The notes: generated from the sequence alone by a model not told the origin. A stretch of DNA of 63,867 nucleotides, filler included, from Vermamoeba vermiformis (GCA_045837725.1; 3 parts of 3 records of this genome joined end to end with filler, not necessarily neighbours in it), one strand, 5' to 3'; shown: positions 9,043 to 23,785, counted from the first letter of the whole stretch. Numbers and translations are program-made.

Positions 9043-10703
9043 TTAACAAGCTTTGTGGTATTGTTGTTTATGTTATAATACTAAAATGAAAGCTTTAAAC
9101 CTGATTTTAAGCCAGCCGCAAAATCTTTGTGACAATCTGTCGCTTGTGAATTGCGCTCAGTTCACTGAAAAGTCTACTTTGAAAGCAACCGCTTCAACAA
9201 ATTCTAATAATTGTTTAAATAATATATTTGTGATAAATTGAGCGAATTGTTATTCCAAATACGTTTGTTAGCGATTTTGATCCACACCAAAAAAAATATT
9301 AACTTTAAATGGAATGCGCTTAATTAATACTTTCTCGTGGTAAATAACATTATTAGAAATATGTAAATGGCCTCAATTAATTGTAAAACATACTGGTTTG
9401 ATCTGAACTTTTGAATTACAATCTGCTCGCCCGCAGTACAGAAGCATATCGATAATAGAGCCCATATTAGTGACCAACTTAGCCAATAGTATCAAATAAA
9501 AGCTTACTTGTGTTGCACGAGGTTAGACAGGAAATAATTTGAATTAGTATTTTCATTCGCGCCAAGACAATAGCAGACCAAAATGAAATAGCATATTATA
9601 ATTGAAATCGAAGTGCTTGCAAGTACGTATTACTCAGAGAGTTGTAATGTTGAATGGGTGTTCGACTTTTCGCATCTCCGCAGAAAATAAATCTGCTTAC
9701 AGTGGGCATCGTTTTAACTGCGGTATAATTATTTTACTATTTTCTACTATTTTTAAATATTTTTTATTCAATTTAGGGCCGTAAAAATAGTTGCTCGACA
9801 TCCGAAGGACGCACTCTGTTCAACCAACAATGAACCCACAATGCAGAATAACAGTATGGTCCGATAATGATTCAAAGGTATAATATTTTGCTAGTTCATA
9901 TGAGTTAAACTCACAGAGCAATGTTTCTAGCTAAAAGTGCCAAAGAGGCACGCTCCATCTGCGTCAAGAAGAGTTCAAACCTCGAGATAAAGACGTTCGT
10001 ATTATATCTAAGCATCACATGACCACTACGAGCATTTTCATCAAGCAGATAGATGCTCCTGGTATTTCCCACTAGCGAGCAAGTAAGTCGCATCTGGATC
10101 GGTCTGTTACACGCCGTTACGTGACGAAGCCTTTCAGCAGATTTCATCTAATTTGCCTTCATAAAAGACCCACTACACAGCTAAACATATTTGGCATACT
10201 ATTGATACAAAGGTCAATGCGCCGAAGTTCGTTGTGACATGCAAGAAGACGCACACAGTTCAAGTATGCGATGCAGCTGCAAGTCAAGACTGACACTTGT
10301 GCAAACACTGTGCACGTGACTGAAGATCAGTATCATAATTACAGACCTATTTTTGGCTTCTCGCCACGCGACGTGCGCTCACGCAACGACACTTGACAGA
10401 CAGATCGTGTTATGACGACAAACCCAAATATAGCAACAGTCACTCACCACTGAATTGATCATGTGGGTCCTCATTTTCAAACTAAGCTTTGCACCATCAA
10501 GACAAGCATTGAATAGCATAGCTGTTGCATTGCAATGAGTTACTCACTGATCTTCAACTGGTTCTACTTTTATACTGTCATGATGTAAGTTGTAGACAAC
10601 TTGGATCTGCTCAGATTCACATTAATGCTGACAAATCTCAAGTTTAAACTCAAGGTTTATTCATTTCTTATTCCAAGTTTCATTGTTACAATTTGAAGCT
10701 TGT

Positions 10704-13378
10704 TCAATACAAATGACGTTTTGGTGGATCTAAACCATAACATTCTTTAACAAATGTTTTGTACCAATCAGGAGGTGCCATATTTGTATGAACTGTTTCT
10801 GGATAGAAAAAATGATGAGCTTTCAATTTCAAGATCTGCTCTGTCATTGACTTGGTGTTGGGTTCCAGCAAAGCATTGTAGCATATCATTAAGAATACAT
10901 AGGCATCTTCTAATGGCCATCCAAGTAATTGTAATAGATCATCAAGTAGTTGAGCATTTTCTTCTCCAGCCTTTTTTGGGAGTACTTTGTAAACAGTACT
11001 CAATCTTGGATGCCAACAAACAAGTCTGTAGAACTGTTTTCCAAGATAAATTGTTAGGCCTCCAGTACTGTAATGCACTTCACGATGCACTTCAAATTCA
11101 ATTTGACCAATACTAATTTGCATAGCCCGTTTTTTCTCTTCATAGTACTGTGAACATTGTGCTCTTTGTATAGCTCTATACAGCTGCAAAAATTGATTTC
11201 GTTTGCATTCATTGTCCAAAAAAAGAGTCCACCTCCATAATTCCTTATTAGGAAACAGTAACCTGATTTCTTCTGGCATTGCTGCAAATATTTGCACTAA
11301 ATTTGCACTTTCCATACATTCAATTGTGTCAATGCACAGGTACTTCAGTGGTAAAATTGTGGTGCTGTTCAATTGAGCAATCAAATTAGCCATTGACAAC
11401 AAAATTGGCTTGCCTCTGCTGATCCATTCCAAGGGAAATTTCCCCCCTGATAACAGAATTAGCTAATTCTCAAGGCAGGTTAAATTCAATCAAACATGAT
11501 GTCTACCAATAGCAACTTCACAGAGGGATTTTACCTTTTTTGGCAAGAAACCTGACAACATCAGTCCACCCAGCAATGACAGCATCAGAACAGAGCAATT
11601 TGATTTCTGCCAAAGTGAGAGAACTGAAATTGAACCTCTTCAATACAACATCAGCAGTTGGCCGATGCAAAGAGTGAAATGCAGTGGTGACATGTGCAAA
11701 TGTGATATTTGCACCTATGACTAAGACATGAATTAGCTACTTTTGCAATACAAAGATTACAGCTGATGCATGTACATACCAAGCTTTGACAAGTAATTTG
11801 CAACTGAGGTGTGGCAATGGGACAAAGCAGCAGTTAACATAGCGCCTTTATCATTGGCACCTATAATATAGTCAAATAAGAAATTTCATCCACAAACAAT
11901 AGAATAAAACAAGTATTAGCTTACCTGTTTCAACAAAGAATTGCACAGCATGCAAAGAATCAGCAGCATTCTCAGCAACTGTTTTGTATGAGAGATAACC
12001 AATGACAGCTTGTGACAGTAGTTTTGATGTGTCATGACACTTTGTGACTTGACTCCATGCATCAACATTGGCTACTAATGCTTGAAAAGCTGCAAATATC
12101 TCTTTTGCTGGCATCTGACACAACTTTTCAATGCCAGTTTCATTCTTCTTGTTCTTAATTGAAAAGTCCCATGGTAATTCCCAGAATAAGTTCCAGTTGA
12201 AATATGAAGGATCTTTTTTGCGCAAATGCAATAATCCTACATTATGCAAAGGTGTGTTGCCGAAGATATTTTGAATGTTAATGAGCTTTGGATGGGTCTT
12301 GGCTATTGTCATAAACACGTCTAAGAACTGATTGAATATTGCTAAATGTGCTATAGTGTTGCCAAGTGGATCTGTCGCTTGGATCGGATCTATTTTGCGA
12401 TGTGACAGGAACCTCTTTAAACTTCCCCAACGAGCATCAGCTAAATACTGGTGCTTTTGTCTAAGCTTCTTGTACTCTCTAAATAGCTATTAATCAGTAA
12501 AGAAGCGTTACGAGGTGGATCAGATCGACTTACGGAATATTAAATTCTTTTGCGAGAGCATTAGCAAGCTTCTTTGTCACCATAATTGACATATTGCGAT
12601 TTTGAATATCAGTTGTTCCGTTTGATCTGAATGATTAGCGTCAGTAAGATTTCAAATTGTTAGCATCGTTTTACGTACACGGATCCGATCCACTTGCCAG
12701 CGGCATTCAAAAGTTCATCAGGGATCTGTTCAGTCATTGACTCATATTGAATTGCAAGTATCATGTAGCGCATAGAATTATTGACTTTGACGGAGTACAA
12801 AAAGTTCTGAAGAAACAAATACTTAGTTTCGGATCCGCTTGATGAAAAATAAGGAAACAAAAAATAAATATACACGCTTACTGTATCGAAAACACCACCA
12901 AATTCATTCTCGTCAAACGAGCCTACTAGCAGAATTAAGCCTTGGTGTTTAACCACTTCTGGCTTGAAAAACCATGCGTTCTCGTACTCTTGCAAGAACG
13001 ACAGTTTTACGTCGATAAATATACTTTCGGAATGTATTTGCAGTTTAACTTCTATAGATGGAGTTTGTTAGATCCAGAGACTAACAAAAAAATTGCGAAT
13101 CCAAACTTCGAATGAAGAAATTTTAGTTTAACTGTCGACGAATATAATGTCGCTATTATACTATAATAGTTAACTACACTACCATTATTTTTGTATTGAG
13201 TAGCCAAAGAACTTCTGGCACCAGTCAGGTTTACCAAGTGATCCGCATGCACGCCACAAAACGCGAGCGAGACATCTTTGCCAGGTGCGTTGATTTCCTT
13301 GAATTTATATCCATAAGGATTTTCATTCACGTTGTCGCTGGACTCGAACGGCGGATGTTCCATGAGTAAATCTGGCAA
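10704..13378 (-). CDS. Ankyrin-repeat protein with possible BC/SOCS-box-like motif (multi-exon; could be two genes)
   Basis: DPLGNTIAHLA and NIFGNTPLHNV ankyrin motifs; LPLKYLCIDTI in last exon; same-strand ORF pieces separated by GT-AG introns. Confidence 0.55.
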
Positions 13379-13973
13379 TTTTCTGATTATTGTGATTCTG
13401 TTGTTTCAATAATGTTTAGTATTACGAAACGCGTTTAGAATGGTAAACTATAGAAATAAATAATGAATTATTCATTGCATAATTATTCAAATACTAATTG
13501 ACATCCAGCTAGTTTCTTACCAGATGTATTTCAGCGTCCGAGAGGTGCTTTAGGCTTGCGAATTCGTGAGACAATGTTATATCTACCTATTTTCTTATTA
13601 TTTAGCGTAGAAAATGTCACCTCGAGAACTCGCTTGTGGTCGTCAATTCGATTAAATACTTACCTTTAAATAGACGAATGGACAGCTACCGACTTGACGT
13701 TGTTCAATAGTGACGATAGTGCCTTATTAGGTACTGTCAGTGCAAGATCAACGTAATCCGAGAGGGGAGTAAATTTTGCCGTTGCAATCGAGGACTTTAG
13801 TATTCCTTACCTTAGATCTGCCTTAGACAACGTATTAATACTCTTCATTTTCACTCGATAACTCACCCTATTGTTTATCGTTGATGTTCATTTAATTGGA
13901 ATAAAGAGCGTTGTTTTTGAGGACTTAGATCGAGAATGGACTTTATGTAACAGGTACACTGCGAATGTTACTA

Positions 13974-14779
13974 TTAAAAGAACAATGCAGCAATAATAGT
14001 CATAACTACGCCTATAATAGGACGCAAGGTAATTGCCGCATTGAAGCACTGACCGGATGCAGTGTAAGCGCTGATCTGCCCGTACATGTTGGTGAATGCA
14101 GCAGCGCAAAAGTCATCGCTGCTCGAGTAGTCGCTCACTGCCTTGCCGTTGAACTTGTCGCCCTTGCACGAGTCGAATATTCTTTGACAAAAATTCTTGC
14201 AGATCTTGTATTGCAATCGACCTAAATTAACTTTGCGTTAGATTATTATATCTATAGTCTAATTATAGTACCTTGGTTATCCACAGACAGAAATACGGAA
14301 CTTTGGCCCGAGCAAGGAGCGCAGTAAGCCAGATTTACCAGCTCGCGACAGTTCTTCGAGGCGTCTTTCCAAACGTAATCTTCAACGATGGTAGAGGTAT
14401 TTACTGAAGCTTCGCAGCAGCTATCAGATTCGTACCACTGGCAGCTCTCAGCGTTGCTCTATAAATAAAAGCGGATGTCAATTTTGAGATCACATTGTGG
14501 CGCGTATTGCCGAAAATCTGAATCGAAAATCATTGAGGTTGCTTCTATATATTATATGATATACGTTATTAAATTGTCAGTTGAATACGTACGACGCTTT
14601 TCGAGTTCTGAAGAAAAGGAGAACCAAGTTGAGATGCAGGGCAACTGCCGCCAATAGCCACTAAAAACAATAAAACTCTTAATATATCGAACAATAAAAT
14701 TAATGGCTATATTTAATTTATGAGTTTGCTTACCTTGAGCTATGGCAATAACAACAACGAGTAGCAATAGAGATCGCAT
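13974..14779 (-). CDS. Folate-receptor-family (Folate_rec-like) Cys-rich secreted/GPI-anchored protein
   Basis: Signal peptide MRSLLLLVVVIAIAQ; CQWYESDSCC, CAPCS, ICKNFCQRIFDSC, FC, CF pattern; hydrophobic C-terminus. Confidence 0.7.
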
Positions 14780-14820
14780 TGATTTAGAGGTCCAGTTTAT
14801 AACGATTATTCACTATGGAG

Positions 14821-14920
14821 NNNNNNNNNNNNNNNNNNNNNNNNNNNNNNNNNNNNNNNNNNNNTTAATTAATTAANNNNNNNNNNNNNNNNNNNNNNNN
14901 NNNNNNNNNNNNNNNNNNNN
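14821..14920. other. Artificial contig spacer (N-run with TTAATTAATTAA)
   Basis: 100-nt N block containing a six-frame stop linker. Confidence 0.98.
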
Positions 14921-15612
14921 TACGATTCGTCGTCAATCTCGCAGCAACAACGACTAGGACTCAATCACATTGCAGTATTTGCGGCGAATATGGCTATCGG
15001 AGGTACTTCCGAGATCCATCCGGCGAGAAAAATCGATTGATTTTTTATATCACAGAACGAGTGCGCAATTCAAATCTGAAATACCGCGTGTTTGTAGTGC
15101 TACGGCTGATAAGAAAATTCAATCCTGTGGTCACAGTAGCAGAGGCTGAGTTCAATGTGGGATACGCGTGCGAAAATCCCAAGATTTATTTGCCAATCAT
15201 TGAGACAGATATGATCGATGTGCAAAGATTTGGTGCATATGTTATGGCTGGCATGAGTACGTCAGGTAAGTATAAAAATATAGTCGTAGTTAGTTTTTTC
15301 GCCACAAACATTTAAAACTTTCATTCAATTTAATAATTTGTGTCAACAGGCAAGTCTTTCACGAGCCAGCTCATGTTTGCAGAATATACTAGATCAAGGA
15401 TGATCGAACAAAACCTTGTCGAAAGAATTCGACTGTTGACATTCTCTAAGGACCCAGAAACGCAATCTTATGCGCTACAAGCATTGAGGGAGTTTAACAC
15501 AACTGGTCTTAATGTTCCGTCACTGAAAATGACGTGTTATTGGCACTTGATGATGTCATGTGGTGTTGAAACTTGTAGAAAGATTTTGCAAGAGAATAAC
15601 ATCAACTATTAG
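14921..15612 (+). CDS. 3' part of an ARM/helical-repeat protein with a BC-box-like motif (5' truncated by gap)
   Basis: Helical ORF pieces (VQRFGAYVMAGMS, LVERIRLL..TQSYALQALREF), VPSLKMTCYWHL; introns. Confidence 0.45.
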
Positions 15613-15822
15613 TACCACGTCACCAGCAAGTAATTAATGGACCACTAAGAGGTTCTCCGGCACCATATGACAACTTCGCTCAAGTACTCCGTGGGGTGCT
15701 TTTGCTCTCAGAAGAAAACCAGACAAATCTTTGAAGTTTGCGACCAAATTTACAATCACTCACAATTACGGAGATCCGTTTAAATAAATCAACTTTTAAT
15801 TTATGGCACAATCGAGTATAAT

Positions 15823-17241
15823 TTATTGCGCACTATCTTCCAGTAGTTTATAATCGTAACTAGGAGTTAATTCGTTATTGTTCGTGACGTTAGAAACGCT
15901 CGATCTAGATCTACTTAATATTTTTCTTCTAAATGCAGCGTAAATCACGACAATAGCAGCGCATAAAGTAATGCCTGCAATAGAAAGGCCGATCCCAAAC
16001 CCAACTTTTTCAGCTGTAGACCAGTTGTTGATATCCGTGTCAACGTCTTTGCAATAGTACTGCGAGTTACGACAATCGAGTATTGTGGCGGGAACATCGG
16101 CCGCTAAAAACAAATTCGTTAATTAATCGGAAATTTCGCGGAATAATTTTGTTTGTCTTTTTAAAGTAATTTGTACTAACCTGCAACGCTAAAAGAAATA
16201 AACTTTGGATCTGACGTCAAATGTCGTTCAGGCACAAAGTTAATGTACCACTTGCCAGGTCTTATGTATTTGATGGTAAGCGTCGTATTGAAACTGAGCG
16301 AGATTGTTTCACCGTGTTGGCAATCGTCCACTACATCCGCAAAAAAAAATTAATGCACTTTAATTAAACGCAATATAAAGTAAAGCTACTATAATAACAT
16401 GAACATATATATAAATATTTTACCTGGTGATAAGGAAATGGAACTAATAAGGTCGTCTAGATCCAACGCAGAATTTCCGTTCTTGTTCGTATTCACGGTG
16501 AGTACGTAAGCAATTTCGCGACTTTGACTCGGCAATTCAAATATATATGTACCAAACAAAAATTGTGGGTCCAAATACATCTCTGTTTTCAACGGCAAGG
16601 TCGCATCCTCTGCACGAAAAATTCAACATTAGAAATCGAAGAGCAATGCATAATTACAAGCTTTATGGGTACTTACGAACTATAATGTCGTAATTAAGGA
16701 TGCTGTTGTTTCCGGTTGCGAGATTCATAGCGAGGCTGAGCGAATCCAAAGTCCAATCCGGATGAGACTCGAAGATCTCACGCAAATCGCAGCCAGAAAA
16801 CTTCACCACGTCTGCACCTACCGCGGTGAAGGGAAAAGCTATTTCAAAGTTCCTGGAATAAATAGGAATGAGTCCTGCTGAGGTTTGGAAAGCCAGATCG
16901 AAGGTTGCCGAACAAAGACCGCTTGGTTGTGTTTGAGTAATAGAAGGAATAAATATAAAGTTCTGCGTGCCGTTCTTCGATAATGAGTCATGAATGATTG
17001 GCGTGAAGCTCCAAGGCACCTGCTTTGGTTCGAAACTATCGGCTGTCCTGGAGATCTCGAAGCTATTCGGCGCTATAAGCATTAAAATCATTAGTATTAT
17101 TCATATTATATTATAGGAATTTTTTTCTAATTTTTGGCTAATTTTTAATGGTTGAAAAGCCACTAAATAAAATTTCGTACCAGCAGTGATAACCGTTACC
17201 AGTACAAATAAATAATAGACAATAGCTACTCTTAAAAACAT
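15823..17241 (-). CDS. Type I single-pass membrane protein, unknown function
   Basis: Signal peptide MFLRVAIVYYLFVLVTVITA; beta-rich exons; TM VGFGIGLSIAGITLCAAIVVIYAAF followed by RRK; tail with YKLL. Confidence 0.7.
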
Positions 17242-17331
17242 ATTTACAGGTGTATATTATTACAGAAGATTGATTAATAATAAAAATTTTGATTTTTGAG
17301 TTGCTCGAAAAACCGAATATTTTTACTTGCC

Positions 17332-19282
17332 TTATTGAGATCCAGATTTTACAATGCTGAACGGATGATCTTTTTTGAAGGAACTCACGTTAGCATCGAT
17401 AACGGGCACCACTAATTTGAATATGAAAGGGCAATGTCGGTCCATAGCTTCCATAATCAGCTTCGTGTTTCTAGTGCGTGATCCGGCAATATTCAAGTGC
17501 TGCAGCGTTTGTTTTCTAGCTTCTATTAACTCCAAAATGACTTCGTCACTAACATTAACTTCGTCCAAGTTGATAATCGACAATCTGGTACAATTTTTGG
17601 CCACGATCTGGATCGGTACTTTGTAAGAACAAGGTTGACATTCATAATAGTACTCTTACCGCTAAGCCTTTATCTGTCACTTGTACGCACTGTTGCAGAT
17701 TTAAAGTGACCAATGAATGCCCTGAATTCATGCACAGTTGTTCCACAGCATCGTCGCTAATGCTCGTGTTACGCGAAACATTTACGACTTGTAAGTGCTT
17801 CAGCGATTGAAAAACGTGTGTAATTGTCTTGGCGGTGACAAGCGGTAGTTCTTTGACTTCTAATCTTTTGAGTTGGGGCAAATGGCTGACGAACATCATT
17901 CCTTGATCCGATATCCTCGCACAAGACATAATATTCAGTTCTTCCAAAGCTGGACACGCCGTGCAAATGTTGGTTAGTTGCACGTCTGTTATATCAGCGT
18001 TCTTAAAGAATAATATTAAATTAAGTAATGCGAGTAAGGTACGTACTTGAAGATCCAGTACGCGAAGCGAAGTGGATTCAGAAAAGTTAAAGTTGAGCAA
18101 ACTCGAAGGTGAGTCAATTAGATTCAAGCTCTCCAATTTGAGTGTATTCATGGTAGGATTAAACATCTCGTCCGTTATATCCTTCATTATTTGCTTCGCG
18201 CTCTACGATCCAAAATGTTAGATCCGCTCGAAGTCCATTAAATTAATTCTTACTCGTAGATTCAAGTCCTTTAGCTTCGTTAAGCGGGATAGATATGTAA
18301 ATGAGGCATTTTCTATATTAGGAAGTCCACCCATATCCAGCGAAGTCAGCCCAACAAATCGTTTGCTCAATAAATCAATGGCTTCTTTGGTCAATAAGAA
18401 ACAGCCTCTAATGCCTAGTGTATGTAAAGAAGTATACGTATCTATTTGTAGTTTCAGCTGCGACACGTCGCTGACTTCAGGATCGAACAGCAGATTTGGC
18501 GCGCAAAAGTTGGCGAATGCTAAATCATCTATTTTTCGACATCCCTATCGAAATATTAATTACGTAAAGTAATATAATAATTCTTACGTTGAAATTTAAA
18601 ATTTGCAAGCGAGGACAGGCCTGTCCAATTAGAACCAGCGAGGCGCGATTAATTTTGAGATTGGTCTGTATTAATCGAGTCAATAACGCAGCATTAAATA
18701 TTATATTGATGCTAAACTTACCGAGACATCGAGTTCTGTTAATAAAGACCCAATAGCAATCAAAAATGAAAGATTGATCTGGATGTACGATTAGCTTCGC
18801 TAGAATGCTAGGTAATTAGACTTACATTGCTGCATTTTGCTAAAGAGAGTGATTGAAGACGCGCCAATTGCGAGACAATATTAACAGCGACTTTGTTGCC
18901 AAGACCACGAAGATCTTTTAAAGATGTCAAGCTGATCTTCGTCAAACCGGCAAATATAAATTTAAATCTTTTACAGCACTAAAGTTAATAATTAATTATG
19001 TATTCAAAGCTTGATCTCGTTGGTTTGGCCCGAAAGAAAAAAATCATTCATTAATTATCGGGTCATAAATAGGCACGAATCGCCAATCAGGCATAAAAAT
19101 ATTGATATTGTATTTTGTTAAAATTATTTCAGAAATTTAGGAACAGATCTATGCGCAACAAGAGCAACCTGCAGAAAGAAGTCAGATCTTACCCGCTGTA
19201 ACTTTGCAAGAGTGCGTATATCACTCGCAGCAAACTCGGAGCAAATCAATCGCCAAACGTCATTGGGGAATGTGTCGCTCAT
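17332..19282 (-). CDS. F-box/LRR protein (FBXL-like, Cys-containing LRRs)
   Basis: First exon MSDTFPNDVWRLICSEF; repeats CPALEELNIMSCARISDQG, LVTLNLQQCVQVTDKG. Confidence 0.85.
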
Positions 19283-19348
19283 CTCCAAAAATATAGGAAT
19301 ACAACCTGGATCTGGTTCGGGAATTTCTTGGCCAAGTACAAATAGAGT

Positions 19349-20286
19349 TTATTTCTTAAAGTACCAAGTATTATAAGATTGAGTAACTTCAAATCCGCAC
19401 TTTTTGTACAAATGAGAGGCAATCTCGCGAGGAGTTTCCAATTCAACGGGAGATCTCTTCCTTTCATCGAGCCAGTACGAAACAGCATTGCGTAAAATAG
19501 CTTCTCCATAGCTCTTTCCTCTGTACTTAGGTCTGACGAAGAAGTTCATAATATACGGCGGCTCAGCCTCGTTTCTGGAGACGTATTCGATCATTCCTAC
19601 GTATTCTTTTTCTTCGTTAAAATAAAACCTGTATTCTCGTCCTTGCTTCAAGTCATCGAGATAATCTTTCATCGTTGCTTCAGAATTATACTCTTCATCC
19701 TCGTTAGCCTTCGCGTCTTCTTCGTACACGAGAGCAACGAGATGCGCATCCGCTTCTGTTCCAATTTTGAAAGTGATGCTGGGCAAAGGTTTGTTAGGGG
19801 GCGTTAATTTTTTGCACGCCATGTAGTAGTCAATCTTTGGCTCGGATATTAAGCCAAGATGATGAGCACAAGCGATCCCGGATTTAGATTGGTCGCAGAT
19901 TTCGAGCATGAACTGTTTTGATCTCTCAGCAACCACTCGCAATGCATTCAACAGTGCTTTGAACACACCTTGACGGCGATATGTAGGATGAACAATGCTC
20001 GTGACGTCGATACCATCGTCATCGTTGAAGCCAATCATTAGACCAATGACTTTGCCTTCATTGAGCGCTACAAAGACCATATCACTATCTAAGCGACTGT
20101 ACTCGGCAAGCGAAGGCAAATGAAATCGGTAGCTGTGATTTATGCCGTCATGAGCATTCGCTTCAGTGAACAGAACTTCGAGATCTGCAACATACTAAAA
20201 TGTCCGTGTGAGCATCGATTTATGATAAAGACTCCTTACTTGATTCAAAACAGTTTGGCTTGTTTCTAGTGTCAATTGAGCGACAT
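19349..20286 (-). CDS. Tandem GNAT-family acetyltransferase
   Basis: Two acetyl-CoA motif A copies (VHPTYRRQGVF; VRPKYRGKSYG), LYKKCGF; one 5' intron. Confidence 0.85.
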
Positions 20287-20935
20287 TGGACCAAGGTTTG
20301 GTCTCCAATCGAGTTTCAGACTGAGAATAAGCGTTAGAAAATGAGACAAAAAATTAAATGATCATACTAACTGCCCAACGATGCCTTCCATTTGCTTATT
20401 ATAAATGTGAAAACATTTGGTGCCAAGATTTTTGTTAACCAAAATTGTTTCGCGAACTAGCGTTTTGCGATTTTTTACCGAATGTCTAATTAATAGCTTT
20501 TCGAATTTGCATAATTTTGTAACAAATATCGTGGTAATATTCATACCGTTTGTCAGGACTTGGGTGTGCGCTGAGCGGATTCGACTTGCTTTCACTGAAT
20601 ACTGAGGCATCGACGATAATGTTTCCCGCATACACTTAGGCCTATTAAATGGTCACAAAAAGGCTAGGTTGTGGGGCTGTGGTTATCAACGGGAAGGCGG
20701 AAGATAAAAAAAAGATTTTCTGTTGCCAGCATAACACCCAAAAGTGATTTAAATACACAGTATATTAATTGGAGGATACGTAATGAAGGCGGAATGAGTT
20801 TGCAGGGCTGTATGCGGATGTGCTCCGGCCGTGATCTGTCGAAGTTTTTGTCTCTGCGGAACGTTCTTAGGTAAAGCAACTTCGAACGTAATGATATTTA
20901 ATACATGATATTGGAGGCCATTCTGTACATTTATG

Positions 20936-23785
20936 CTACAATTGCTCGAGATCTTCGTAGACTTGCAAAACTTCGTCGATCTCGTCCGTAGCATTCAACT
21001 TCAACTTTTTTAGCGTTGGTAATATAATATTAGCTTTGCTTATTTTCAGTAGCTCTTTAGGCACCATAACCAACGGATTATGAAACAAGCGTAACGAGAA
21101 TAGATTAGTTAAGTTTCCAATATCGCTCGGAATAAATTGCAATCTATTCCTAGAAATATGGAAACATTCTAAACTACTCATCAGGCCTATTTCCGTCGGT
21201 ATTATGCTTATTTGATTATTAGATAAAATCAGCTTATTTAAGCTCGTTAACTGGCAGATCTCTTTCGGGATCACCTTGATCTCGTTGGCGGTGAGGTTGA
21301 GCACTGACAAATTATGCAATCTTGATATATCCTTGGGCACTACACTAAGTAGATTGCCAGGAATAACAAGCCGCAATAAACTCGTCAATTTGAAGATGCC
21401 ATCGGGGATCTCGCGAATCCGGTTTTGGATCAAGCTTAATTTGGTCAATAGCTGTAAATTTTGAATCTCGTTTGGTATCTCCTGGATCGAATTGAACGGT
21501 GCGTAGAGCTCGAGTAGTTTGGTTAATAAGCCAATTTCTGATGGCAATGAAGTGATTCTGTTGCTGCCTAGATCCATCGCTTCGAGCTGCGTGCACGCTG
21601 TGATCATGTGCATCGGCACCGACGTTAAAGAATTTCCTTTTATGGAAAACTATAATAAAATATTCGTTAATTATCGCACTCGATTTTAACGTAGCAAGCG
21701 ATAAATTTTTCTTGTCGACCACATCCGGATTAGGTTATGAACAAGAAGCTACTTAGTAATATATAGATTGATATTATTACGTACCTTCTTTAAATGAACA
21801 AAATTGGAGAAAAATTCCGGTGCTGAAGCAAGCCAGTTATTTTGTAGGAAGAATTTTTGTAGCTTTGTTAGCCGTGACATTTCAACTGGTAATTCGGCGA
21901 TATTATTATCGTTTAATTCTAATGTTCGCAATTCTGTCATGACTCCTATATAATAAAGCATTAAAACAAATTGTAACGGATGCGATCCAAACAACAAAAA
22001 AATTTCCTACTAAACCTCGTAACAATAATTAAATAAAGTTAATATTTGGATATGCGACTTAGTATTATAATTACCTATAGACGTTGAAATTTGCGTCAGA
22101 GCTACACCACATCCGCCACATCCGAGTCTCGTCAACTTTTCCAAAGTAAATACATCAGCAGGCACACTACATGGATTCCTTGAGAATGACAGCTCCATAA
22201 GATTGGTCAATTTCATTAATTCTGGCGGAATTTCTGTGATTTGATTCGAATTCAGCGTCAAGACTCGTAGCTGCATTAACGCTGAAATTTCTGACGGCAA
22301 TGAAGTCAAGCTATTTGAATGTAATAATAGGCCAGTGAATCTAGTCAAGTGGTGCATATCTTCTTCGGATACGGCCATTTCGTGGACTCGATTTTGTTGC
22401 AGATCCAACGACTCCAATCCGGTCGCTTTCCAAATTTCTCGTGGTATTGATTCAATGGCATTAAAACCCATTTGCAACGTATCCAATTCTAACAAGTTGC
22501 TTACTCCTATTTAATTAAGCTCGTTAGCTAAGTATCATTCGAAATTGCAAAAATATCCAGATCGCGATCTAAACAAAAAAAATTGCGAAAAATCCCTAAA
22601 CTAATATTTAACGAAACTAAGATTATTTACATATATTATAAGTATAATTCTATCGTTTAAGACGTACCTTCGGGTATTTTGGTAATGTTGTTGTAAGATC
22701 CGTAAAATGCTTTCAATTTAGTCAAGGCTGAAATACTGTCCGACACGCTAGTCAAATGATTTCTGCTAATTAATATCGTTTCTAACTTTGATAACGTGAA
22801 TAACTCTTCGGGCAACTCTTTCAACTCGTTTCCACTTAAAAATAGCTCTCGCAAATTTGTCAATTGCGAAATTTCGCGCGGTAATTGCGTTAATTTGTTT
22901 CTTCCCACCAATAATGTTTGCAGCTTGGTCAAATTCATTATAGGCGTGATAACACTAAGGTTGTTTTGTCGTAGTGATAAGAAAGATAGGGACACCAATT
23001 TTGATATGTCATCGGGCACTGTCGTCAAATTATTGGCTCGTAATGTCAATTCGTGTAAATTTGTGCAATGTAACATTTGCCGTGGAAAATTTGCAAAGTA
23101 ATTGAAGTGTAATAAACACGTTTGAAGCTGGATCAACCTTGAAAATTCCTCGGGCAAGCTGCTTAATGAATTTTTCCATAGATTAAGGACTTGTAAGTGC
23201 GTTAATAGTCCTATTTCGGGTGGAACGTTTGTCATGGGCGGATCCATTTCTTTCAAAACTAACAAAGGCTGTTTTGATTCGTAGTTCCGCATGATTACTT
23301 CCGTCGCATCTTTACGACTATTATCTTCCTAATAATGAATAAAAATAAATAATTGATTACAACGATTTAGGTCAATCGGACAAATAAAGGTCGATTAAAT
23401 ATTCATGAAATTTATATGACTACTTTAAGCTAAATTAAATATGGCAAAAATATCTCTATAAATATTAAAATCCTCAGTATAATTATTACGCTATGGTGTT
23501 CAATTATAAGATAAAAATTTTTCGTCAAGACATTACCTGCCACGGATCGAGCTTGGAATGTTTTGACATCGAGGGGAAGTCATCGTCTTCACTAGATATT
23601 GGTCTATCTTGAAGACCATCGGCCAAGTCTAATGATTGCAATTGATTAGAAAATTTTTTCAGATTTATTTTTCCATTATTGTTAAAAGTCAAGACCGAGC
23701 ATATAATTAAATATGCCATAATTAATTTTAAAATATTTTCGATATTTTTAATAAGCTTAATTCGAATAATACCTTCAGCATCCAT
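20936..23785 (-). CDS. Leucine-rich repeat protein (SHOC2/LAP-type LRRs)
   Basis: More than 20 LxxLxLxxNxLxxLPxEI repeats over several exons. Confidence 0.9.

Noticed and set aside
9602-10400. Short ORFs between the ELWxxDGT-type and ankyrin genes
   Set aside because: No recognisable domain or consistent exon chain
14821-14920. TTAATTAATTAA palindrome within N runs (also 33580-33679)
   Set aside because: Standard six-frame-stop contig linker; not biological, and synteny across it is unreliable
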